This document shows positions 39,368 to 53,275 of a stretch of DNA of 64,000 nt, piece by piece (position 1 is the first letter of the stretch; every line of letters begins with the position of its first letter). Source of the DNA: Camelus ferus (Eukaryota); NCBI RefSeq assembly GCF_009834535.1, contig NC_045697.1, positions 29,328,001 to 29,392,000 on the forward strand, read 5' to 3'. The translations under genes and the position numbers were made by a program. The notes under the pieces were generated by a model, which saw nothing but the letters and a program-made list of their open reading frames with translations, made no database searches and was not told the origin of the DNA.

Positions 39368-39869
39368 GTATGTACAAATGTTTTTTTCTTTGGTGTTTAT
39401 GTTCTGTAAGATTTAGAATGTTAAAAAACACTTGCATATGTTATCTTTCTGTAATGTAAAACTCTATACATGAACTATACTCCTAAAATCCTCACTAATT
39501 CATATTATATCAGGCTGTTCTTGTTTCTTAATATTAGTAAACAACTGCAGTTTAAATTAATAAATGTATTGGCACTTTGGTATATTGCTTGATATTTAGC
39601 TACTATAATTCGATGTTCAGACAACAATTAAAGTAAGTAGCAGAAGTTATCATGTTTTAATAAATAATAACACAATCACAGGCATGCTTAAGGGACAGAG
39701 ATAATGTCTAGGACCGGATGCTGAGTCCCTTAGGCTTCTTATTCAAAAAAAAATTTTTCCATTGGATCATGCTGTGACAAAAAAATAACATTTTATTATA
39801 GGTTCAGTGAGGCTAAAAAACTAAAACTTTCAATAGATTCACAGGGTCAGAGGGACAATAAGTAGAATT

Positions 39870-42010
39870 TAGGGCTTAACATGGAGAGGTAGACTTGTAA
39901 ATACTCAGAAGTTCACTTGGAGCGCGGAAGAGTATATACTCTCGGTAGTGATCAGCCCTCTGATGAATCAAAACTCAGATTCCAATCATCTCAATTCCCA
40001 GGTGGCTTAAGGTGTTCTGGGACTGTTAGTGCCCAGGCTTACCTGCCTAGCAGAGGCAAAAACAGATTCTCTCTGAAAGAAAGTAATAACATCCCAGATT
40101 TCATATTACCTCCTAAAGTTTTTTCAAATGCAGTGTGGCACTCAATAAAAAAATAATCACACAAAAAAGAAGAAAGATATGAGTGAAATAAAGAGAAAAG
40201 CACTGCAATAGAAGCAAACTCACAGAAGATCCATGTACTGGAGGTATCAGATGCGGATTTTAAAATAACTGATTAATGTGCTAAAGAGACTAAATGACAA
40301 GTAGAATTTTAGCAGAGAACTGGAAACTGTAATAAAATGTCAAAAGAAAATTCTAGAACTGAAAACTACAATATATGAAATTAAAAAATAGATTTAACAG
40401 TAGATTAGAGCTAAACTACAATATATGAAATTAAAAAATAGATTTAACAGTAGATTAGAGCTAAAGAAGAATAAGTAAACTGACAAGTCATAAGAAGCTA
40501 TCCATCGGGAGACAAAAGGATGAATAATATAGAAGAGATACTAAAGGACACGTGAGACTCAGTGATCCAGTGATCTCATGTTATGTTGTGATTGGGAACC
40601 CAGAAAGAGAGGAGAAAAGGAATTGAGAAGACACAATATGTGAAACTCAGGCCGGGAATTTTTCAAAATGGATGAAGACCACAGATTCAAGAAGCCCTAT
40701 GAACTCCAGTAAGAGTAAATGCATAAAAAACATAGTAAGCACATCATAGCATAACTGCTGAAAACCAAAAACAAAGAGCAGCCAGGGAGATAATACATGT
40801 TACCTTCAATGAAATAACAATAAAACTAAGAATTAACTTTTCAAAAGAAACAACTGAAGTCAGAGACTATTAAACAAATCTTCATATGAAAGAAGACAGC
40901 CCAACTGAAAAATATATAAGAGACAAGACTGAGCTTTTTACGAAAGAGAATATATAAAGGCCAAAAAACCTTATGTAAAAGTGCCTCACTCCATTACCAG
41001 TCAGGGAAATGCAATTAAAATCACAACTTACCACAACATACCACATATCCACAATGATTAAAATTGAAGAGATGGCAGTACAACGTCCTGGCAAGGTAGG
41101 GAGCATTGGGAATGCTCAAACACTGCTGGTAGGACTGTACATGTTGTACAGTGACTTTGGAAAACCAGCATTAATCTCTAAAATTGAAAATATACATGCC
41201 CTATGATCTAGCATTTCACTTCAGGTTTATTAGCCCTTTGAATTTTTACCTAGTTAAAGAGAGAGTAGGAGCCACTGGGTAACCAAGCAGTAGAGGAAGA
41301 GAAGTTTCTTCTTTTAGAAATATTCCCGCTGGCAAATAAAAAAGGGAAGACAGAATTAGAATATGACTAGTTACCATAAAGGCAATTTAATGGATGAATA
41401 TGACGCCACTTGTGAAGTAGTTTTGTGACACACACACACAAACCCTGAATTATTTAGGCTCTAAAGATCCAACTACTAATTTATAGGAAGCACAGAAGAC
41501 AGGAACATGTTAAACTACACTCTGGGAAAGCAATTAGCAAAATCCAGACTCTGGAAAACTCTAGTAGTACAAATAAGCATACTTCATTAAGAAATAAATG
41601 ATAAGAAAAAGTGGAAAAGGTACCTATCAATAAAAAGAAATTTAAAATAAGATGTCAGCCAATTGCAATGATATACCTTATCTAAATCCTGATTCAAACA
41701 AACTGTAAAAAAAATTTTGACATGTGTGAAACTTGGAAAATTTGAGCCATGACGGGATGTCATTATTATTTGATGATAATAAAAAATTACTTTTTTAAAT
41801 GTATGTGGTTGTATTTTTTAAGTTCCTATCTTTCAGAGATATATGGTGAAATATTTTACAGATTCAAAATAATGTGGAGGAGTGGAAATGGGTGCAGTAT
41901 ATGGGCATGAATGGCTCTCTGTTGAAGCGCCATAATGGGTACTTGAGAATTTATTACATATTATGTCTATTTTTGTGTATGTTTGAACTTTTCCAATAAA
42001 AGTTAAAAAT
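39870..42010 (+). mobile_element. Ancient decayed L1 (ORF1 and 3' remnants), sense orientation in an NSUN7 intron
   Basis: Degenerate ORF1-like A-rich sequence at 40100-40880, ORF2 C-terminal-like sequence at 40900-41220 ('gaaatgcaattaaaatcacaac'), and an L1MC/ME-type 3' end to ~42010. Confidence 0.65.
40363..40465. repeat. Perfect 50-bp tandem duplication
   Basis: aaactacaatatatgaaattaaaaaatagatttaacagtagattagagct occurs at 40363-40412 and 40413-40462, followed by aaa. Confidence 0.95.
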
Positions 42011-42876
42011 AAGGGGAAAAGGAAGGGGCCCACTTGATTGAAAAAGATTTGTTTCACAAGAGACAGACTAGAAAGAGGGAAAAGTTGATCAGACAAGAGA
42101 AAAGGGTTGGGTAGGGCAGTTTCCAGAGTGACTCCTCAGCCGGTGAGGGGAATGGGATCCATTGCAGAAGTGGAGGGATGGCCTCAAAATAGGGTCGCAG
42201 ATTGTTATAACCCGAGGGAGGGCAGACTCTTAAACTAAATTATAAGGTCCCTAAGGGACTTTAGATTGTGCCTCATACATGCTACTAAAAATACCTATTT
42301 TTTTTTCCTGGGGAAAATAGAATGTAAACAGGGATAAAAAATGAGAAAGAGAAATAACCAACACTGAGCATTTACTATATACTGGGCACCATGCTAAGCC
42401 TAACTACCTTATCTCAATCTTTACTACAATTAGAGGAAGTGTAGGCATTATTATCCTATTTTATAAATAAGGAAATGGAGGCTTAGAGAAATTAAGCCAC
42501 ACAGATAGTAAATAGTGAAGTTGGGAGTCAGACTTGGGTATTTCTGCCTCCAAAACCTATTTCCCTCCACTATATCATATTGCGTTAAATAGAATCTGAA
42601 GTTCAGAATGGGAACTTTAAATTATATTTTATGTAGAAGATATTTATTAAAATTCAAAATTGTTGTCTGAAGTGAAGGAGAAAGAACTCTTAAGAGAATT
42701 CATGTATTAACCTTGGGATATTATCAGAGAAGAATAGCCCTCTTTTCTGACTACATTAAAATGACTTTGTGCAGTTAAGGATTTAAACTGAATTAAGATA
42801 AATAGGTATAATTACATACTGCATTAAGATTTTTAATTAATATTTTTACATTAATTTTCTGTGTTTTTCCTCCCAG

Positions 42877-43020
42877 ATATTGAAATACTTCATGAGACTT
42901 TTATTAACCTTGAATCAAAGGATCATAGATTACAGAAAGTTAAAGTTATTCTGCTGCTACCTCGTTGTTCAGGACTGGGTATTAGTAATCCAGTAGAATT
43001 CATTTTAAACGAGCATGAAG
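42877..43020 (+). CDS. NSUN7: NSUN7 coding exon 7 (motif IV region)
   Basis: tcccag|AT...G|gtactt; IEILHETF...VKVILLLPRCSGLGISNPVEFILNEHE; 144 nt. Confidence 0.96.
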
Positions 43021-45969
43021 GTACTTGTTTTAATTTTTAAGTTCTAAATTATTGAAATTTGTTAATGTTTTTAAAATAAAATTGTTTAAAATCATTAAAA
43101 TGACATATCAGATACATCTGATTAATGAATAGCTACCCTATATAAAACACTTACTATGTTATAAAGTATTTTACATACATTACCTCATTTAATCTTTACA
43201 CCAATTCTGTGAGGTATGGGCAGGGGAGATATTAAAAATGTTTAATAATTGGAGTGATGTAGGCAATCTGAACAGATGCTGGCTTGTATGCTATTCTGGT
43301 ATAGACCAGAGCTCAAGATACGGGCATTAAAATTCATCAGCATTTTATAGATGAAAAAATTGAGACTCAGAAAGAGTCACTCATTTTTGTAAGATCACGT
43401 AACTAGTTAGTAACAGAGCTAGGATTCAGATTTAGACCTGCCTGTGCTCTAAGGTGATCCCAATTAGATCATAATCAGACTATTTGAAATTCAAGACTTC
43501 TTTCACCCCTAGTATGTATGTTTTATCATATGAATACCTCAGATTAAATATTAATTCTGGGAATATTTTATTTGCTTCTCTAATACCGTTTAACATTAAC
43601 ATTTTTTGAGCACTCACGTGTAAGGCACTGAACTGAGCACTCTGCTTGGATTATTTCATCTAATCCTCACAGTAACTGAATGAAGTGGCTACTCTTATTA
43701 TTTCTCTTTTATAGATACAGAATCTGAGGCTCAGAGAGGTTGAAGCCTCCCAGAGTCTTTTGACTAGTTAAGTTTCAGAGCCTGGATTCAAACACAACTG
43801 CTCTGGCTCTGCCCCATGTTCTTAATCACAGTATATTAACCAAAACTGATTCTTACTATGATCCTTTGTTTATGTTGAAAGGTATAGTTAAGGTTAACTA
43901 GACTATTGGATGAAGAAGATATTCCACTAGCATTCAGAATATGCTGAGTAGCTGTTTCCTATTTCTAGCAAAGACAATTAAAAATGGAGAGAAAGAAATT
44001 GAGAGAAAGAAACTAGTATTTATTGAGTAAAACTATGTCCCAGTCCGTACTCTAGGCAGTGTTCATGCACTGTAACTTAATATTCACAATAACTTTGTAA
44101 GTATAGTATTATTTTATTATCTATTTTATAAAGGGGGGAAAACCCCAAGGTTCAGAGAAATTTAGCAAGTTGCCTGAGGTTATGTAGCTAGAAAATGGGG
44201 AAGCTGGGATTCAAATTCAGATTAGTTAGCACATTCCGCTCTACACCATGCAAAGAATTCCATATACCGCACAACTTTTAACTGAGCTTGCACACTGAAC
44301 CATGTGGAATTCTGTCTTGCTACAAGAAATTTCTTTCTAAGAGAGTTAAACAGAAGAATAACGAACTCAGATGGGAGAATGGTAGATGGAGAAAATTCCT
44401 ACACTAACTTTGGGAAATGATCAAAGAAGAATGAGTAGACTTTTGAAAGAACAGGGGAAGAAATAGCTGCAGCTGCAGTAAGCATTGCAGTGACGAGAAG
44501 CAGGAGACTCTGGCCTTTTCTGGCCTTTTCCTGGGCATCTTGCAGCAGAAATGCAGAATACAATAAACCATGGGTAAAAATAACCGAGAGGCTGGGGGCA
44601 AGAGCCCAAAGGGAACTACAAATGACAGAAGGAGAGAGAGTAAAATGCCTCCTAGATAGTGGTAATATTTTGAAAACCTTGGTGAAGGGGTGAGGATAAG
44701 CCTAGAGGTGGTCTTTGGCATGCCCAGAAAAAAAGGAGGATTTTGAAGGAAACTGCTCTGAGGAGGTAATGCCAGAGCAAATAAGGAACTGTTGACCTAG
44801 TGGTTATAGAAATACTAGTCATAGATCTAGTGGGGATGAAACTAAAAGACTTAGATCCATGAAAAATCATGAATTAGTTTGAAAACCACTTTAACATTGA
44901 AAAATATTACAACCATTTTTAGAATGCTTATCATAAAAATCATGTTTGAGGAATATATGAAGTTGGTCTTTGCTAACAACTTGGACTTATTTTTAAATGG
45001 AATGAAAAAGGCAAACTGATACAGTTTTAGAGTATAATAATGTATAAATAGTCCTTTAAAAAGTAGTGAATAGATTTAGAAAAATGTGAAGTGTAAAACT
45101 AAATCGGGAAGAAATGGAATTTAATTAACCTTTAGTGATATAACTTGGATGGGAAACAGTCAAATATATGGTATAAATAATTGGCTCCCACATTCCAGGA
45201 AGTTACTGAGAGGAGAATAAAACAGAGGTTAGAAGTTTGGACTCTGGTCAGATTTCTGAGCTAGAACCTGGCTCTAAAGTAGTAGCTATGTAACCTTAGA
45301 CAAGCTGTTTAATGTGTGTATGCTTGAATAGTTCTCTCAGTGTTAAAAGGGATGATAATGCTTCACAGGATTGCTGAATAAAATAATCTACATAAAGTAG
45401 TATTCAGTATCTTAGTTAATATTATGAAGAAATATGTTAAAAATAGTTTTTGAAATTTAAAAAAATTACTGTACAAATTTCTTGATCTGTTGTTTCTTGA
45501 TCTATTATGAGGATGCACGTTTGCTTCCCTGAAGTTTTTTCTTCCAAAATTTCTTTTAGTAAGTTAATGTTTTTAACTGTATCCTTTTGTGTTCTTTCTT
45601 ACTCAGATCTGACTATAGCCCATCAGTTTCTACCTTGGAAAATAAATCTTTTTTCCCTCTAGTAGTCTCCAGACGGACTGCATTCTACTTCTGTACCTAA
45701 ATGACTTAATTTTGGCTAGTTGGACAACTATCTCATGAGAACCTGGAGAAAAAAGGAAAACTAATATTGAAACCAAGCAAAATTACCTTTATCAATTCAT
45801 TTTTAAAAAATTTAAGTCAGCATTTTTATAATACTATTCAGTTTTATAAATATTTTCCATGAAAACTCTCATTAGTAGGGAAAATATTTAAAAATTAAAT
45901 AATGTGACAATAGCAATATATGAAAAACATCTAATAGTGATATATTTAAAAGCATTTATTTGCTTTTAG

Positions 45970-46071
45970 ATACAGGTTTACTTAAAGATTTCTCCCAAGG
46001 AGGCACATCAGAAGATAAACTTCATGTTCTTGCTCAACAGCAGTATGAACAGCTAACACATGCAATGAAAT
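45970..46071 (+). CDS. NSUN7: NSUN7 coding exon 8
   Basis: ttttag|AT...T|gtaagt; TGLLKDFSQGG...LAQQQYEQLTHAMK; 102 nt. Confidence 0.95.
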
Positions 46072-47628
46072 GTAAGTTTGTTATCAGTGCAACCTGAAAA
46101 TATGTTGTAAATCTGAGAAACATTAATACTTAATTTATCTATTATAATTGGGCAATGATGTGTGAACCATGAGTGAATTTTCTGGAACACTCAGTCTTAG
46201 TGCCTTCAACTGTCAATTTGTTTTTTACCAATTTAAGTCTTAAAACTATATGCTTTACTATCATTTTTAAGAGGTTAGCAAGAACAATGAACAGTTTCTT
46301 AATGCTGAAGTGAAATAATTATGTACATTTATTGTTGGACAGTTTCATTTTCTCTATTTCTTTTCTTTGTTTTCTTACTTGATATAATTTTTCAATTGTC
46401 ATTGTACCTGCCCCTAACAACTCTTCTACAATCCAAATTTTAATCAAACTCTTATTTCTCTTAGTACTAAAAAGAAAATAGAGAGATGCAATTACAGATA
46501 AAGCCTATCTGTAGCCTACCATTTAGATTTTGGGTGTCACTGCTCTTCCACACATGGGTATGGAAATCTAGAATTCTCTGAGAAATTACATAAACATTTA
46601 TCAGTTCAGTGCATGTTTATCAAATGCCTACTGTGAGTCAGGCATTAGGCTGGATGTTAGGGATATGAGTGCAGATAAATCCTGACTTTCAAAGTCTCGA
46701 GGGTAAGTATAGGATATAGGTAATCTAATACCTAAAGATATAGCATACATGAAATAGAAATAAGGCAAAACAGAAAACACAGAGGTGGTCTACTCTTTTG
46801 ATTGATGCTACTAATAAACATTAATTTGAATATTATAGTATGTATATGATCTATGAAATGAGTTGGTTGGAAGGTTAGGAAGTTGGCAGATAATACATTT
46901 TAAAAATTCTTTCTCTGATTAATCTATTTAAAATTATAGTACCGCCTTTGGAAACTAACTGTCCTCCATCTGCTTTGTTCTTCTTCATAGCTTTTTTTCA
47001 CCTTCTAATACTATGTAATTTTCCTGTTTATATCTTATCATGTCAATGAAACAGAAAATAAGCCCCTGGGGCTTTTTTTTTTTTTTTTTTTTTTTTTGGT
47101 CTGTGTATCCCAAATGGCTAGAACAGTGCCTAGCACATAGTAGGTGTTTGGTAAGTATGAGTAAGTGGGTCAGTTGCAGGTAGTAATATTACTTCATTTT
47201 ACAGTTGAAGAGTTGGAGAGTTTAATTAATTTTCCTAGGTTCATGTAGCAGTAACAGAATTGGGATTCTCATCTAAGTCTTGTGTGTTTCTAGAGTCCTT
47301 TTTAACTAGTTATGGCTTGTGGAAGAATGGCTGAAAGTATCAAGTTTATGGTAATCTGTAGAATTTATTTGTTTGTGTTTGTAATTAGATTGGTCACATG
47401 GATTGGATTTTCAATTTCCATACAATCCAGTTAGATTTATTTTAATTATTCGCACAGGCTGCATTACTAAGCAACCCATGCTTTAAAGGGGAGCCAAGCA
47501 AGCATCTATAGAAATCATTCCTATCAAAACCATGTGGTATTAGTATAAACCGGTGTTTGCAAGCATAGCAGATTTGTTTAGGATTGTTAATGGGGTTATT
47601 ATATTAATTCCGTCTTCTTTAAATATAG

Positions 47629-47746
47629 TTACTAGAGCTCAAGCAATTGTTTACTGCACATGCTCAGTTTATCCAGAAGAAAATGAAGCTGTTGTTAAGA
47701 AAGCACTGGAATTTCAAGACCATGGGATTAAAGTACAACCTTATAG
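47629..47746 (+). CDS. NSUN7: NSUN7 coding exon 9 (motif VI region)
   Basis: atatag|TT...AG|gtaaga; TRAQAIVYCTCSVYPEENEAVVKKAL; 118 nt. Confidence 0.96.
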
Positions 47747-48744
47747 GTAAGAAAGGAAAGATTCTTCTAAACAACTCGACCAAATATTTTTGAAAGTTAT
47801 GATTTCTAAGTTAGAAGGAGAAGACATTTCACTTCCTTTTTGTTAGACTTTAATATGACCAAATAGCTTAACTTCTTAAAACTTTAGATTCTTTAGTCTT
47901 TACAATGACTTGGCAGGAGCATTCTCTTGTACACTAAAAGATTCTTGTTATTGTTAAATAAGGCTAAACGCATTTGGGCTTTGACTTGATTGATTTCTGG
48001 ATAAATTGAGTCTAAACTTTACACCCTGAGTTTTAGATACATCTATGCTTCAGTAGAAGAAAAATAAGAGTATAAAATAGCCTTAGAAAGTAGAGAGAAA
48101 ATTGGATGCTTATTATCTGAAAACATATGTTTCTTAGACCCTTTTAGCTTTTGGCACCCACAGGGACTGAGATAAAATAGCCCAAATAACTATAATAGCT
48201 TCTTGGTAAAATACTGTCATAAACTAAGGGCAGGAAGAAGAACAGTAATACTTCATCTGAACTGTGGACATCAAGATAAGGAGTAAGTCTAGGAATATGT
48301 GATGCCAGCAGACTGGCATCACATATTCTTAGATAAAAATGTCTCCTCCTATTTTTGACTTATTTCTCTTGAGCTGAACTATTCCTGTAATTCTTATAGT
48401 AGGATCTTAATGTGTATATAGTTTGCTCCCTCTTTTTAATCTTACATTTTTTTCTTTGTGGATTCACAAGTGGACATGTTAATCACACTTATATTTCCCT
48501 TCTTTCTTCACTTCCTTATTTAGTTACTATCTTTAGTAGCTAACAGCCAACCTTATTTCTGCGAGCTTCTCAACACAGTTAGCTAAATCCCATCTAGTGG
48601 CAAAGAGAATTATTGCAGGTAATATAACCAAATTCATCAGTGTGGATGGCTTGATTTGTCCCCCAGGGATAAGGTTTCTAAGAATGTAATATGGCAGAAA
48701 TAGAGGAACATCATAGTATTTTATTTCATTGGATTTTTTCTTTA

Positions 48745-50660
48745 TTGCTAATTTTTTACTTGAATTATAATTGATTTATAATATCATATTAGTTTCAGAT
48801 ATATAGCAAAGTGATTCAGTTATGTATGTATTTTTTTCAGATTATTTTCCATTATAGGTTGTTACAAGGTATTGAATATAGTTCCCTGTGCTATACAGTA
48901 AATCTTTGTTGCTTACCTATTTTAATTAATCCCATATTCCTGATTCATACCTCCCCACCCTCTTTCCCCTTTGGTAACCATGAGTTTGTTTTTCTGTCTG
49001 TGAGTCTGTTTCCGTTTTGTATATAGATTCATTTGTATTATTTTTTAGATTCCACATATATCATATAGTATTTGTTTTTCTCTTACTTACTTCACTAAGT
49101 ATAGTATTTTCTAGGTCCATTCATGTTGCTGCATATGGCAATATTTCATTCTTTTTATGGCTGAATAATATTCCATTGTATATATACTCTACCTCATCTC
49201 AAGCAAGTCATCTTTCAGTGGGCACTTAGGTTGTTTCCATGTCTTGGCCGTTGTAAGTAGTGCTGCTATGAACATTAGGGTGCATGTATCTTTTCAAATT
49301 AGAGCTTCCTCCAGCTATATTCTCAGGAGTGGGATTGCTGGATCATATGGTAAATCTATTTTTAGTTTTTAAGGGAATCTCCATACTGTTTTCCATACTG
49401 GCTGCACCAAACTACATTCCCACCAATACCGTAGGAGGGTTCCCTTTTCTCCTCACCCTCTCCAGCATTTATTGTTTGTGGACTTTTTAATGATGGCCAT
49501 TCTGACTGGTGTGAGGTGATATCTCATTGTAGTTTGATTTGAATTTCTCTGAGAATTAACTATATTGAGCATTTTTTCATGTGCCTTGACCATGGTGTAT
49601 GATCCTTTTAATGCATTGTTGGAGTCAGTTTCCTAGTATTTTGTTGAGGATTTTGCATCTATGTTCATCAGTGATATTGGCCTCTAATTTTCTTTTTTTG
49701 TGATATCTTTGTTTGGTTTTGGTATCAGGGTGATGGTGGCCTCTTGGAATGAGTTCAGAAGTTTTTGTTCCTCTGCAATTTTTTTGGAATAGTTTCAGAA
49801 GGATAGGAGTTAACTCTTCTCTAAATATTTGGTGAAGCCATCTGGCCCTGAACTTTCGTTTTTTTTTGAGATTTAAAATTACTGATTCAATTTCAGTACT
49901 GGTAATTGGCCTGTTCATGCTTTCTATTTCTTCCTGGTTTTGTCTTGGGAGACTGTGGCTTTCTAAGAATTTGTCCATTTCTTCAGGTTGTCCATTTTAT
50001 TAGCATATAGATGTTCATAGTAATCTCTGATGATCCTTTGTATTTCTGTCGTGTTGGTTGTGACTTCTCCTTTTTCATTTCTTATTTTATTGATTTGGGC
50101 TCTCTCTTTTTTTCTTGATGAGTCTGGCTTAAGGTTTATCAGATTTGCTTATCTTTCCAGACAGCCAGCTTTTTGTTTCATTGATGTTTTCTATTTTTTT
50201 TAATCTCTATTTCATTTATTTTTGTTCTAACCTTTATGATTTTTTTCCTTCTACTAACTTTGGGTTTTGTTTGTTCTTCTTTCTCTAGTTGCTTTAGGTG
50301 TAAGGTTAGGTTGTTCAAGATTTTTCTTGCTTCCTAAGGTAAGCTTGTATTGCTATAAACTTCCCTCTTAGAACTGCTTTTGCTGCTTCCCATAGGTTTT
50401 GGATCACTGTTTTCACTCTCACTTGTCTTTAGGTATTCTTTTGATTTCCTTTTCGATTTCTTCAGTAACATCCTGGGTGTTTAGTAGCATATTGTTTAAT
50501 CTCCACATGTTTGTGTTCTTCACAGTTTTTTCTTAATAGTTGATTTCTAGTCTCAGCATTGTGGTTGGAAAAGATACTTGATATGATTTCAGTTGTCTTA
50601 AATTTACCCAGGCTTGTTTTGTGGCCTAGCATGTTAGATATCTCAGAGAATGTCCATGTG
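48745..50660 (-). mobile_element. Antisense LINE-1 with a ~1.6 kb internal deletion in ORF2
   Basis: 3' UTR and ORF2 C-terminus to 49585, then a direct jump to the IIHHxQ region and on to the end of the EN domain (- strand ORF 49625-49978 MDKFLE..NRPITSTEIE). Confidence 0.9.
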
Positions 50661-52642
50661 TCTGACCCCCTAATATGTCTGTTTCATGTGCAGAATACAC
50701 TCACCTCATTCCAACATCTTCAAGTCTTCACCCATTCCAGGATCAACTGTGAATCCAAAAATCTCTTTAAATATCACCAACTCAAAAAAATCCCCAGTGT
50801 CATTCTCTAAGTCAGTTATGAGTGAGACTTGAATATTAACTTATTATTCAAAGAAATGAGCTATAAGTTGGGGTTTGGAAATACTTTTTTAATGCAGAGT
50901 CAATTTCTGTAAGTTAACTTAACCAGTATTGATTGTGGATTATTATTATCATTAGAAAAGATAGCATGTATGTAGATAGAATATATCATAGTCTATTAAA
51001 TAAATATTTGTTGAATACCTACTATATACCAGGCACTCTTCTAGGTGCTAGAAATGTATCAAATTGACAAAAATCCCAACATTCATATTTATATTCTGAA
51101 ACTAATTATGTTCCACATTAGTAAGAAATAATTATTTTCAGAATGTATTCTTTACCTCATATATAAGTGAATAGTTTTTTTGATGATTTCTATTTGTGTA
51201 GAGAACATATATGAACAAGCCTCAGAAATTCAGTTTGTTAGTTATAAGGTTGGTAAGCAGAGTGATTAGCTCTCTTGCCTTTAGAACCTGCACAGCTATT
51301 ATATTTCAGCTTAGTTCAGCATAAACATTTTATTAAGCACCACTATTTACCACTCTTTGGCATGTCATTTGAGGTCAAGTGTGTCTACCTGCATCCTAAG
51401 TGACCTCTGCATCCCCTGCCTCATTCTCTGCCTCAGCCACATGGAAATGCTTGCCGTTCCCTGAACATAGATCTTCACAACACTTGCGCTTTTGTTCATA
51501 TTCTTCTTTCTGTCTAGAAATCACCCTTCTTTGCCTTATTGGATACCTACTTATTTTTCAAGACACAGCACTGATGCTACTTCCTCTGTGAAGTCTTCAT
51601 ATTTTCTATCTCCCATTGCCAGAGTTACCTGCACCTTATTCTGTACTCCTACATAATTTTGTCTCTACTTGGCTCAGCATTCTTATTTCGTCTTCTTTAT
51701 ATTATTATATAACAGTTTTTCCAACCAAATTGTAAACTATATAAGAGAATTAATATTTATGTGCTTTGCACATAGTTGGCAAATAATGAGTGAATAAATA
51801 TAAATTTTAAATAGTGTTAAATTTCAGAATATAATATACAAATTTAATAAGAGTTCCTGATATTTTAATTTATATGGAAAAGTATTTATTGATTTAATGT
51901 TTTAATTTTAAAAGCATGGGAATATAAGAATTATTTATTATTTATGAATGAACCCTTTACTGTTGAATGAGAAATATTAAATATAAAAACCAAAATTTTA
52001 TTTTAAACATATTAGTGATTAGAGATTTTTATATTTCTGACACAAAGTCTTTGTTACGTACTTTCTTTTTTTTAATTTTTAATTTATTTGATTTTTTATT
52101 GAAGTATGTTATATACTTTCTTGAATACTTCCTAACTCATCTGTTAGTATTCACAAAGTGATTGAGAAGAATAATGTAGTCATAGGAGTATTTTTATATT
52201 GTAATTGTGCAAAAAGTAACCAAAAGAAGGAAGTCATACTTTTTGTATTTTGACATGAGGAAATAACGGAATTTTTGGATTATACCTTTGTGATTACTAT
52301 ATGTATTTACCTGTTTTGATAATGGAAGCCCCTTTTTTTTTTTTTTTTTTTAACACATTAGTGACTTGGGGAAGAGTTTTTAATATATTGAAAGGTTGCT
52401 ATCCTTGGCATAGTTGTTTAAAGATGGAAAACTTGGGAAGTGTAATAAATTATTAGCAACATGAAATATAGAGCTTTTAATTTACAATAGTATTGTACTA
52501 CTTCGACATTTTATTCTTATTTGGAATTTTTGTTTAAACAATTGGTAAAACATAATAAAGAAAATTTGTTGCAGCTTACTGTCTCCCTTGATTGGCAAAT
52601 AAGCTATTCTAACTATTACTTGTTTGCTGTTATCTGTTGCAG

Positions 52643-52766
52643 GCTTAGTCCTCCTGTTCTTCCACTGTGCTCCTTGAAGGAAATACATTTGTCCACTGAC
52701 AAATTTTTCAGAATGGAACCATCTGAAATTACCAATGGTTGTTTTCTTTCTGTTCTAACAAGGGAG
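52643..52766 (+). CDS. NSUN7: NSUN7 coding exon 10
   Basis: ttgcag|G...GAG|gtaagg; LSPPVLPLCSLKEI...NGCFLSVLTRE; 124 nt. Confidence 0.96.
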
Positions 52767-53275
52767 GTAAGGAAAAAAATACGAATCCATGTCATACTTA
52801 GGAATTAAGAAACAACAAAGCCTCATAAGAGGAACCTAAGAAAAATGGTGTGCTTATTTCATAAATAGCTAAAAGGCAGGAAAATTATTACTGTGTGACA
52901 AAAATCGCTGTCTTTGTTTTTATTCTTCGCCTGAGTGTTCTTCCCTTGCCCACTGTCTTTCCCACTTCTCTAAGCACCTAGTTTATCTGTGGATAACAAA
53001 TAAGCTCTATAATTTTTTTTCCTATCAGGTTCACAAATGGGGCAGTTTAAGTACTAAGAAAGTCATTTCCTGAGGCTTATGGGATATATTATGGGGGAGA
53101 TATATATATATATGTGTGTATATATATATAGAAAGAGAGAGAGACTAAGGCCTAAAAACATTTCTTTTAGTATAATAAAGATACTCTTCTATTTTTACTG
53201 AAACACTGATAAATATTTATAATATACACAGTAATAGTTAACTCTGACACTTTGTAACTGCTTCTTTAATTATAG

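Noticed and set aside
49580..49590. Canonical spliced-L1 interpretation of the internal deletion
   Set aside because: The junction has one more G than an exact GT-AG splice predicts from the other L1 copies in the window; kept only as a secondary hypothesis.
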